64,000 nucleotides of DNA from Vicinamibacterales bacterium (GCA_965262555.1 OZ253543.1:1413583-1477582); one strand, 5' to 3'; counted from the stretch's first letter, positions 54,190-61,724 are shown. The notes: generated by a model not told the origin, from the letters alone. Translations and numbers: made by a program.

Positions 54190-54954
54190 ATGGCGAAGTC
54201 GGCGATCGAATGGACTGAGTCCACGTGGAATCCGGTCACCGGCTGCACGAAGATCAGCCCCGGCTGCAAACACTGCTACGCCGAGCGTATGGCGAAGCGC
54301 CTGCAGGGGATGGGGCAGGCAAACTACGCCAACGGCTTTCAGTGCACGCTGCAACCCCACATGCTCGAGCTGCCGCTCAGCTGGAAGAAGCCGCAGACGA
54401 TCTTCGTCAACTCGATGAGCGACCTCTTCCACAAAGACGTGCCACTCGTCTACATCCAGAAGGTCTTCGAAGTCATGCGGCGCGCGCACTGGCACCAGTT
54501 CCAGGTGCTCACGAAGCGTGCTGGTCGCCTTGCACACCTAGACGCCAGCCTTGAGTGGGCGCCGAACATCTGGATGGGTGTCAGCGTCGAGACCGAAAAG
54601 TACTGCTCGCGCATCGATGACCTCCGCAGCACAAAGGCGCCGCTCAAGTTCCTGTCTCTGGAGCCGCTGCTTGGACCGCTGCCCAACCTGAACCTCAAAG
54701 GCATGGACTGGGTGATCGTCGGCGGCGAGTCCGGTCCAAAGGCGCGGCCGATGGATCCGGCGTGGGTGACTGATCTTCGCGACCAGTGCCGTCACGCCGG
54801 GGTCCCGTTCTTCTTCAAGCAGTGGGGCGGCACGAACAAGAAGAAGGCCGGGCGGGAGCTCGCGGGCCGGACGTGGGACGAGATGCCCAGGGAACCCGGG
54901 CCACGTGCGACACGTCGCCAACGGGGGACGGCCTTGGCCGTGGTCCAACCATGA
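54190..54954 (+). CDS. DUF5131 (phage Gp37/Gp68 family) three-Cys protein
   Basis: The match rests on [26 protein letters not shown] (CX6CX2C at 54244-54276), [35 protein letters not shown] and [16 protein letters not shown]...FFFKQWGG. The start lies 1 nt after the TcmP stop. Confidence 0.85.
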   Translation: MAKSAIEWTESTWNPVTGCTKISPGCKHCYAERMAKRLQGMGQANYANGFQCTLQPHMLELPLSWKKPQTIFVNSMSDLFHKDVPLVYIQKVFEVMRRAHWHQFQVLTKRAGRLAHLDASLEWAPNIWMGVSVETEKYCSRIDDLRSTKAPLKFLSLEPLLGPLPNLNLKGMDWVIVGGESGPKARPMDPAWVTDLRDQCRHAGVPFFFKQWGGTNKKKAGRELAGRTWDEMPREPGPRATRRQRGTALAVVQP

Positions 54955-55200
54955 CTGCGCCGCAGCCTCTTGGGTGCCCCGCGCCGCGAACACGCGCCAT
55001 GGCGACCGTGAGGCTCGCCCGTAGGATGTCGGCGCTGCATCCACAAGCAGGCGGCCCTCAACGATAGAGACTCCTTCCGGCGTCTGATTGGGTTCAGCCC
55101 GGCACCGCCCTCGAACCGGTCGATTCCGGTACCAGCCAGAATTGCAGCCGCCAGCGGCGCCGCAGGGCGGAACACGCCTCGACTTCAGAACCACAAGATC

Positions 55201-55890
55201 GTGGCCAGATCGACAATGACCTGCGGTACGGGACCACCACTGGCGGTACAATGTTTCTCACAGCTAGCTCCACCGGAGACTGCCATACCCAGCCTGTCAA
55301 AACGCATCGTGGAGCACGCCTGCTCGCTTCCGGAGGCCGTGCCGATCTGCGCAGGCACATTGCTTCATCTCGGCAACCGCGCAGCAGTCGATCAAGCACT
55401 GTCGCGCCTCGCCCGCTCCGGGAGACTCCTGCGGATCTGCCAAGGGGTCTACATGCGACCCGTCGAGACCCGGTTCGGGCCTTGCGCGCCGAGCGTCGAC
55501 AAAGCGCTCAACGCCCTCGCGGATCTGTGGAACGAGACCATCGTTCCCTGTGGCGGTGCCGCGGCGCACGTGCTCGGCCTCACGACCCAGGTCCCGGTGC
55601 GGTCGGTCTACCTCACATCGGGTCCCGGTCGCCGTTTGCGCTTCGGCAATCTGGATGTCGAACTACGCCATGCGCCGCGCTGGCAGCTCGCGGCCCCTCA
55701 CCACCGGGCGGGCGAAGTTATCCGGGCCCTGGCCTGGCTCGGGCCGGACGAGGTCCGATCGGGGCTCCAAGCCCTTTCACCCGGCCTGTCCCGCGAGGAT
55801 ATCGACCAGCTCGCCGCGGCGCGGGCGACCATGCCGCATTGGATGGCGGAGCCCGTGAGCATGCTGGTCGCGCCGACGGCAAGAGCGTGA
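55201..55890 (+). CDS. DUF6088-family protein (AbiEi-like antitoxin/wHTH)
   Basis: The match rests on LGNRAAVDQALSRLARSGRLLRICQGVYMRP...GGAAAHVLGLTTQVPVRSVYLTSGPGRRLRFG...VIRALAWLGPDEV. The start is uncertain (GTG 55201 or ATG 55216). Confidence 0.7.
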   Translation: MARSTMTCGTGPPLAVQCFSQLAPPETAIPSLSKRIVEHACSLPEAVPICAGTLLHLGNRAAVDQALSRLARSGRLLRICQGVYMRPVETRFGPCAPSVDKALNALADLWNETIVPCGGAAAHVLGLTTQVPVRSVYLTSGPGRRLRFGNLDVELRHAPRWQLAAPHHRAGEVIRALAWLGPDEVRSGLQALSPGLSREDIDQLAAARATMPHWMAEPVSMLVAPTARA

Positions 55891-55947
55891 AGCCAAGCGG
55901 CTGCGACCAGCATGCCTGCCTGGCACGATGTGTGAGGGAGAACTGAC

Positions 55948-56853
55948 GTGAGTGCCTTTGATGGTTTTGTCTTTGTCGACTGGTCCGCCAACTCTTCACC
56001 GAAGACCGGGAAGGACTCCATATGGGTCGCGGAGGCCTCAACTGGGACAGACATCGAACTGCACAACCTGAGAACGAGAGAAGCAGCAACCCGACATGTA
56101 CTCGGCGTACTCCGAAGGGCTGTCGGGCGGGGACAACGCTTACTGGTCGGGTTCGACTTTGCCTATTCCTACCCGCTAGCAGTACTGCAGCACCTGGCAA
56201 GCAACCATGGACCGGCCGACTTCACGGAGCTGTGGCAGGCCCTACACAGTCGAATTCGAGACTCCGCGAACAACAGCAACGATCGGTACTCGTTTGCGGC
56301 GTGGGCAAATGAGCACTGGTTCAAGGAGCACTACTACTGGGGCTTCCCCTCTCCGTCGCACGCCGGCCCGTGGCTCCGGGGCACGAAGACAGACACGGAG
56401 TTCGCTGAGTTCCGCTTGGCAGAGTCGTGCACGCGCGGCACCCAGCCTACGAGGAAGCTGGCCTATTCCGGCTCGGTCGGCTCGCAAGCACTACTCGGGA
56501 TGCGTCGGTTGTACGAGTTACGCAACGACCCCGCGCTTGCACCCGCGAGCGTTTTGTGGCCAATGGAGACGGGATTCACCTTATCGGTGGCGCCGCCAGG
56601 AACGGCCCTGATCGTCCACGCCGAGATCTACCCCACTCCGATACGTCGGCTGGCACGGGCGGCTGGGATTGTCATGCCAGCACCGGTACGTGGAAGCGTA
56701 AACGACGCGCAACAAGTCTGGGCATGCGTGGCACTCGCCCGCGATGAGGACAGCCGTGGAGTGCTGGCTGACCGATTCCGAAGGCCTCGGTTCATCAGTA
56801 CGGATCAACAGGAAGATCAGGCTCGCCAGGAGGGATGGATCTTGTGGTCGTGA
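55948..56853 (+). CDS. Hypothetical protein, possibly RNase H-fold (DUF429-like) nuclease
   Basis: A GAGGGAG RBS lies 7 nt before the GTG. The N-terminal FVFVDWSANSSPKTGKDSIWVA, the later HAEIYPTP and NDAQQVWACVALA give a D...E...D pattern. That pattern is reminiscent of RNase H-like/DUF429 proteins. The family assignment is a weak recollection. Confidence 0.6.
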   Translation: MSAFDGFVFVDWSANSSPKTGKDSIWVAEASTGTDIELHNLRTREAATRHVLGVLRRAVGRGQRLLVGFDFAYSYPLAVLQHLASNHGPADFTELWQALHSRIRDSANNSNDRYSFAAWANEHWFKEHYYWGFPSPSHAGPWLRGTKTDTEFAEFRLAESCTRGTQPTRKLAYSGSVGSQALLGMRRLYELRNDPALAPASVLWPMETGFTLSVAPPGTALIVHAEIYPTPIRRLARAAGIVMPAPVRGSVNDAQQVWACVALARDEDSRGVLADRFRRPRFISTDQQEDQARQEGWILWS

Positions 56854-56881
56854 CAGCTGCTAGATTTCAACGCCCGATCGG

Positions 56882-56968
56882 GGAGCGGCCGACGGCGGTG
56901 CGGTGCACGTGCTTGGGCTCACCACCCAGGTTCCGGTTCGGTCGGTCTACCTCACCACGGGCCCGGGT
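56882..56968 (+). pseudogene. Fragment of a second DUF6088 gene
   Basis: Positions 56894-56968 align to 55552-55629 with 65/75 identical nt and one 3-nt gap. It encodes GGAVHVLGLTTQVPVRSVYLTTGPG, compared with GGAAAHVLGLTTQVPVRSVYLTSGPG. A TAG lies 6 codons upstream, and there is no homology beyond the fragment. Confidence 0.7.
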
Positions 56969-57090
56969 GACGAGTCCTCTGCGGATCTGCCTGCCTTACT
57001 CTCCCGGATCGAGAATCGCTGCCGCCGACGCCGCCACGCCCCACTACTGACCGAGCCGCGTTCCGCCGTTCCGCATGTCCATCGAATCGC

Positions 57091-57867
57091 TCAAATGCTG
57101 AGGACGAACCCCACCGTCACGCGCACCATGCCCAGATGATGATCGGCGTCGCCCTCCATGAACACGCGCTCCGTCCCTTCGAGCGCCGGAATGGCGAGGC
57201 GCCGGTAGTCCGCTGCGATCCGGAGCGCGAGTCGGTCGGTGAGATGAACGTCCACGCCTCCGCCGGCGGCCAGAGCGAATCCGGAAGAGAACGCGCGGAA
57301 GCAGCTTGAAGACGCGCCGCTGTCGAGTTCATTGGCCGTCCCGGCGAATGACGCGCGGCCGGCGAGGACCTGGACGAACCGCGTGCTGCGCCGGACGCGC
57401 GACAGTCGGTACTGCACGCCTCCCATGAAGGTGTGGAACCCTGCATGGATCTCGGCACACGGCGCCGGATCGGCTCGACCCGGCGTCTCGAGGCGGTCGC
57501 TCGCCCACCACCCCCTTCCCATTTCGCCCACGACGGCCAGAGAAGGGCTGAGATGCAACCCCGCGGACAGGAACGTGGCCGCTTTCGGTTGGGCGGCCGG
57601 CCGCTCCCAGAACGACGCTGCGCCAAGGGCGAGCTGGAGGCTCCCTCGCTCGAAGTGCCTCGCCGGCTGGCGTTGGTCATCCGACGCGCCTTGCTCCGTG
57701 CGCCCGGCCGGCGGTTGGGCTGGCGTGCGAGCGAGACGTGGTGATCGCAGTGCCGGAACCGCGTGTCCGCTGGCTGGCACCGATTGCGCGACCGCAACGG
57801 ATCCGTTCAGGACCCCCATCATGGTCACGAGAGCAATTCCCCACCTGGCGATGTGGTCAATCTGCAT
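57091..57867 (-). CDS. Outer-membrane beta-barrel protein
   Basis: It has the signal peptide MQIDHIARWGIALVTMMGVLNGSVAVAQS. It has alternating-hydrophobic strands and a terminal aromatic-type end (VRVTVGFVLSI). A strong RBS (AAGGAGGAG) lies upstream. I chose the ATG at 57867 inside ORF 57091..58071. Confidence 0.7.
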   Translation of the reverse strand: MQIDHIARWGIALVTMMGVLNGSVAVAQSVPASGHAVPALRSPRLARTPAQPPAGRTEQGASDDQRQPARHFERGSLQLALGAASFWERPAAQPKAATFLSAGLHLSPSLAVVGEMGRGWWASDRLETPGRADPAPCAEIHAGFHTFMGGVQYRLSRVRRSTRFVQVLAGRASFAGTANELDSGASSSCFRAFSSGFALAAGGGVDVHLTDRLALRIAADYRRLAIPALEGTERVFMEGDADHHLGMVRVTVGFVLSI

Positions 57868-57938
57868 CCTGCTCCTCCTTCCGGGGCTGAGCGCACGCCA
57901 ACGGACGATCCGTGACGCTTCCGTTGTTGGCGGGAAGA

Positions 57939-57954
57939 TGCAAGCGGCATGCCA
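57939..57954 (-). promoter_or_regulatory. Candidate sigma-54 promoter driving the 57091-57867 beta-barrel gene
   Basis: The minus strand reads TGGCATGCCGCTTGCA, with correct GG-N10-GC spacing. It lies about 70 nt upstream of the ATG at 57867. Confidence 0.55.
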
Positions 57955-58032
57955 CCGCTCCGGGCGGCTGAACCCGGCCGCCGCCACGGTTCTGTCACAC
58001 GGTTGACGGCGGCAAACCGGGGAACATCGTGA

Positions 58033-58106
58033 CCGCATGCCTGCCGATGCGGCATTCGCGCGAATCTGCAACCGTACATTTCATGCACATTTGGTGACAT
58101 TGCATG
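58033..58106. promoter_or_regulatory. Cluster of palindromes between the divergent sigma-54 promoters (candidate enhancer/UAS sites)
   Basis: Three palindromes are present: CCGCAT-N8-ATGCGG (58033-58052), the perfect 12-mer ATTCGCGCGAAT (58054-58065), and CATGCA-N13-TGCATG (58082-58106). They sit in an unusually AT-rich patch. Confidence 0.4.
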
Positions 58107-58197
58107 TCCTGTTTTGCCGGCCACGTGCAGTGTGCGAACCGCCTTCTCATCGACCTAACCGATTGGGATCGAAGCACTTGTGAGAACACCGACCGGC

Positions 58198-58213
58198 TGG
58201 CATGGCGCTTGCT
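58198..58213 (+). promoter_or_regulatory. Candidate sigma-54 promoter driving the DUF5671/beta-barrel operon
   Basis: TGGCATGGCGCTTGCT has correct spacing. It lies about 100 nt upstream of the ATG at 58314. It is nearly identical to the divergent element at 57939-57954. Confidence 0.55.
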
Positions 58214-58313
58214 TCGTTCAGAGTCAAGAAGCAGCGCCGCAGCCCCGCGCAGCCGCAGGGGGACGCGCGTTGCCGCACGGGGACGGTTCTGCCGTGCGGA
58301 AGGAGGAACGAGG

Positions 58314-59381
58314 ATGGCGCTTAGTCCGGAACTGGTCGGTTTCGTCAAGGAGGGCCTCGACCGGGGGCTCCCGCGGGAGCAGATCGCGGACATCCTGATC
58401 CGCGCGGGGTGGCCGGCGGACCAGGTTCGGCGGGCACTGGCCGGATTTGCCGACGTCGAGTCCCCGATCCCGGTCCCACGGCCAGCCGTCTCGACCCGGC
58501 CGCGCGAGGCGTTCCTGCATGTCGTGATGTTCATGGCGCTGTTCGTCAGCGCCTACGCCCTGGGGGCGGTGGTGTTCGGGCTGATCGATGTCGGTCTGCC
58601 CGACCCGGCCGGCATGCCGCCGGAGGTGATCCGCGAGCTGCTCCGGTTGTCGGTGTCGGCCCTCGTGGTCGCGAGTCCGGTGTTCGCGTTCGTCACCAGG
58701 GTCATTCGTCGCGGCGTCGAGGCCCAGCCCAGCTCCCGCCGGTCGCGCATCCGGCAGCAGCTCACGTACCTGACGCTCTTCATCGCGTCCTGCGTGCTGG
58801 TGGGTGCCGTCACGGCCCTCGTCTACAGCGTTCTCGGCGGCGAGCTGACGGCGCGCTTCGTGCTGAAGTGTCTGACCGTGACCGCGATTGCGGGCGGAAC
58901 GTTCAGCTACTACCTCCGGGATCTGCGGCAGGCGGAGCGTGACCCGCGGGAAGCGCGGGCGCCGCGCCGTCGCGACCCCCGTCCGGCCCTCGGCGCCGCG
59001 GTGGCGGCGGTGGCCGTGGTCGCGGGTCTGGTGGCGCTCGGCTCGCCGGCGGAGCAGCGCCTGGAGCGGTTGGACGCCCGGCGCGCGCAGGACCTCGACG
59101 CTATCTCGCGGGCCATCGACCGCCATGAGGCAACGCACGAGCGGCTCCCGGCGACGCTCGACGAGCTGCAGCGCAACTCCGACGTGCAGGTCGCTATCAC
59201 AGACCCGGTGACGCGCGAGCCGTACGGCTACGAGGCCGGGGAAGGGACGGCCTACGAACTGTGCGCCACCTTCGCGCGGGCCACTACGGAGCGCGAGCTC
59301 CGCAGCATGCGGCCGTTCTCCCGGCACGAGGCGGGCCGCCACTGCTTCCCGCGTCGGGCCGAGGCGGACCGCAGTCGATGA
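58314..59381 (+). CDS. DUF5671-like integral membrane protein
   Basis: A strong RBS (GGAAGGAGGA) lies upstream. The N-terminal soluble module is LSPELVGFVKEGLDRGLPREQIADILIRAGWPADQVRRAL. Four to five TM segments and a C-terminal soluble region follow. I chose the ATG at 58314 inside ORF 58104..59381. Confidence 0.65.
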   Translation: MALSPELVGFVKEGLDRGLPREQIADILIRAGWPADQVRRALAGFADVESPIPVPRPAVSTRPREAFLHVVMFMALFVSAYALGAVVFGLIDVGLPDPAGMPPEVIRELLRLSVSALVVASPVFAFVTRVIRRGVEAQPSSRRSRIRQQLTYLTLFIASCVLVGAVTALVYSVLGGELTARFVLKCLTVTAIAGGTFSYYLRDLRQAERDPREARAPRRRDPRPALGAAVAAVAVVAGLVALGSPAEQRLERLDARRAQDLDAISRAIDRHEATHERLPATLDELQRNSDVQVAITDPVTREPYGYEAGEGTAYELCATFARATTERELRSMRPFSRHEAGRHCFPRRAEADRSR

Positions 59382-60055
59382 TGTCGGCACGTCCGCGGCG
59401 CGTCAGGCGGGAGGTGAGCACCGTGCCGTCCAGCCGCTCGCGATGGGGCCGCATCCTGTTCCCGGTCCTGTTCTGCCTCGCGTCCGTTCCCGAGGGCAGC
59501 GCGCAGCCGGCCAGGACGCAGGGGTGGGTATTCGGTCTGGGTTCCGGAACGACGGCCGTTTCCTTCGAGAGCGACCCGGCCGACGGAGCGGTACTCGTGG
59601 ACCTCCGGATCGGCTATGGCCTCAACAGGATCGTCACCCCCTACCTGGGCGGGGCGTACGCGGACATCAGGAGTCGCGGGCTCGAGGCATTCGACAGAAT
59701 GACATTCGCCCACGTCGACCTCGGTGTGAGGCTGCACCTGGCCGGTGGCCGCCGCCGGTGGGTCCCCTATGGCGATCTTGCGCTTACATTCTGGCAGGTG
59801 AGCGATGTCCTCAAGAACGGCGAACGGACTACCAGAGACTTCACGAGCATGCCAACTCTCAGCGTCGGGGGCGGACTCGCCATCTACCTGACCGAGTCGT
59901 GGGCCCTCGATGTGAACGTCAAGGCGGCCACGGGTAGGTTCAGGGATGTTCCGGCAGGCCACATCCCAACTGGCGGAACGAGCAGGCACGGCAGCGTGCG
60001 CCATCTCCATGCCGAGTCGGTCCGTCTCAGCGTCGGTGTCTCATGGTGGCCGTAG
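59378..60055 (+). CDS. Outer-membrane beta-barrel protein
   Basis: It has a signal peptide (ILFPVLFCLASVPEGSAQ) and beta-strand periodicity. It ends RLSVGVSWWP. There is an ATGATG overlap with the upstream stop. Confidence 0.65.
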   Translation: MMSARPRRVRREVSTVPSSRSRWGRILFPVLFCLASVPEGSAQPARTQGWVFGLGSGTTAVSFESDPADGAVLVDLRIGYGLNRIVTPYLGGAYADIRSRGLEAFDRMTFAHVDLGVRLHLAGGRRRWVPYGDLALTFWQVSDVLKNGERTTRDFTSMPTLSVGGGLAIYLTESWALDVNVKAATGRFRDVPAGHIPTGGTSRHGSVRHLHAESVRLSVGVSWWP

Positions 60056-60109
60056 CCAGCCCCTACGGGTCGGCGGTACCGGCGAAGTGCGGCGGCTCGT
60101 TGACACGGA

Positions 60110-61678
60110 ATGCACACCCACGTACATTTTGTGTCGTTGTCACTCTTTCGGCAGACGGAGCGTCGAACCGTCGACTCGCTGGCGCGGCTGGCTTACACCA
60201 ATCCGTTCAGCTCCGAGTTTGTCGAAATCGAACGATCGGTGCTCGGCGCCGACCATGTCCCGCAAGCGCTGGTCTGGAGTCTCGAGGCCGGCTACCAGGG
60301 GAATCCGGCCCTCGAGCCGTTGGTGTCCGTCTCCGAGCGCGTGGCGCGGGACGCCAGAGAACGCCTGCTCGGGTCGAGATCCGCGACAACGGAGGAGCTT
60401 GCGCTGTATGCCTACGTTGTTGCCCAGGTGCTCTACTGGCGGTATGAGGACGACCTTCACCAGGTCCACGTCGACCCCAGGCGCGGCCGCCGTCGGCTGC
60501 CGGCGTGTTACCAGCGATTCTGCCGCGACGTACAGCATTTCCTGACGCTCGACGGGATCCAGTTCCCGTGGAGCGTGGAACCGTCGCACCTGTTCGCCTG
60601 CTTCTTCCAGGCCCGTCGCGCGTTCGACCTCATCTTCAGCAACATCATCGGCGCGTCGAAGCCCGCCGCGAGGTTGCGAGGGGACGTCTGGCAATCGATC
60701 TTCACGCACGACATGCGCCGCTACCGGCGCTCGCTCTACCGCCGGATGCACGACGTCACGACGCTCGTGACCGGACCGTCCGGGACCGGCAAAGAGCTGG
60801 TCGCCCGGGCCATCGGGCTCTCTGGATACATCCCGTTCGACGCCCAGCGGGAGGTGTTCGTCACGGACCTCGAGGGGGCGTTTCACGCCCTCAACCTGTC
60901 GGCGCTGTCGCCGACGCTCATCGAATCGGAGCTGTTCGGGCACCGGAAGGGCGCCTTCACCGGGGCGCTGGAGGATCGCGTCGGCTGGCTTGAATCGTGC
61001 CCGCCACTCGGCACGGTGCTGCTTGACGAAATCGGCGAGCTCGACGCGTCGATTCAGGTCAAGCTGCTGCGCGTCCTGCAGACCCGCGAGTTTCAGCGGA
61101 TCGGCGAGACGACGCCCCGCGAGTTCAGGGGCAAGCTGATCGCCGCGACCAATCGTGATCTCGACGCCGACATGCGTGCCGGTCGTTTCCGGGAAGACCT
61201 GTACTACCGGCTGTGCGCGGATCTCATCGCAACGCCGTCGCTCCGCGATCAGTTGCGCGACTCGCCCGACGAGCTCCCCAACCTGGTGTTGTTCGTCAGC
61301 GAGCGGGTGGTCGGCGCCGACGAGGCATCGGATCTGGCCGATGAGGTACTGGCCTGCATCGAGCGGGATCTCGGCGCGGACTACGCGTGGCCCGGCAACG
61401 TGAGGGAGCTCGAGCAGTGCGTCTGCAACGTGCTGGTGCACAAGCGCTACCACCCGAGGACAGCGCCAGAAACGCCGAACGCGGCCGACGGCGTTGCGGC
61501 GGCCTGGCGTGACGGCGGCCTGACGGCCAAAGAAGTCCTCCGGCGGTACTGCACGCGCGTCTACGCGACGACCGACAGCTATCAGGAGACCGCTCGCCGA
61601 CTGGATCTCGACCGGCGCACGGTGAAGCGATCGATCGATCCCGATCTGCTCGAGCGCTTGACGGCTGGCGACTCGTAG
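60110..61678 (+). CDS. Sigma-54-dependent transcriptional activator (bEBP) with non-receiver N-terminal domain
   Basis: The AAA+ motifs are GPSGTGKELVARAIG, ESELFGHRKGAFTGA (GAFTGA loop), VLLDEIGEL, FREDLYYRL and WPGNVRELE. The C-terminal HTH is SYQETARRLDLDRRTVKRSI. The start is uncertain. Confidence 0.85.
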   Translation: MHTHVHFVSLSLFRQTERRTVDSLARLAYTNPFSSEFVEIERSVLGADHVPQALVWSLEAGYQGNPALEPLVSVSERVARDARERLLGSRSATTEELALYAYVVAQVLYWRYEDDLHQVHVDPRRGRRRLPACYQRFCRDVQHFLTLDGIQFPWSVEPSHLFACFFQARRAFDLIFSNIIGASKPAARLRGDVWQSIFTHDMRRYRRSLYRRMHDVTTLVTGPSGTGKELVARAIGLSGYIPFDAQREVFVTDLEGAFHALNLSALSPTLIESELFGHRKGAFTGALEDRVGWLESCPPLGTVLLDEIGELDASIQVKLLRVLQTREFQRIGETTPREFRGKLIAATNRDLDADMRAGRFREDLYYRLCADLIATPSLRDQLRDSPDELPNLVLFVSERVVGADEASDLADEVLACIERDLGADYAWPGNVRELEQCVCNVLVHKRYHPRTAPETPNAADGVAAAWRDGGLTAKEVLRRYCTRVYATTDSYQETARRLDLDRRTVKRSIDPDLLERLTAGDS

Positions 61679-61724
61679 ACGACACGCGATGTGCGTCCTG
61701 TCGGCGGCATGAGCGCCGTGTCGT
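61679..61724. terminator. Possible bidirectional hairpin between convergent genes
   Basis: ACGACACG (61679-61686) pairs with CGTGTCGT (61717-61724). The loop is long and partly self-pairing, and there is no clear U-tract. Confidence 0.25.

Noticed and set aside
55100-55135. A minus-strand GGTTCGAGG motif resembling a tRNA T-arm in the DUF5131-DUF6088 spacer. It could be an island att remnant.
   Set aside because: The T-stem pairs imperfectly, no complementary acceptor 5' strand is found, and there is no matching repeat elsewhere in the window.
54792-55175. A minus-strand 127-aa ORF in the DUF5131-DUF6088 spacer (begins MFRPAAPLAAAILAGTGIDRFEGG).
   Set aside because: It overlaps the DUF5131 3' end, has no recognisable family and turns Arg-rich after 25 residues. 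It is probably spurious, although the 246-nt spacer remains unexplained.
57775-57790. TGGCACCGATTGCGC, a sigma-54-like motif.
   Set aside because: The GG-to-GC spacing is two nt too short. It also lies inside the beta-barrel coding region on the opposite strand.
60100-60128. TTGACA-N17-TACATT, a sigma-70-like promoter in front of the bEBP gene.
   Set aside because: I did not list it as a feature because it overlaps the only ATG start of the ORF. No good downstream start or RBS is evident. I keep it as a caveat in the bEBP finding.
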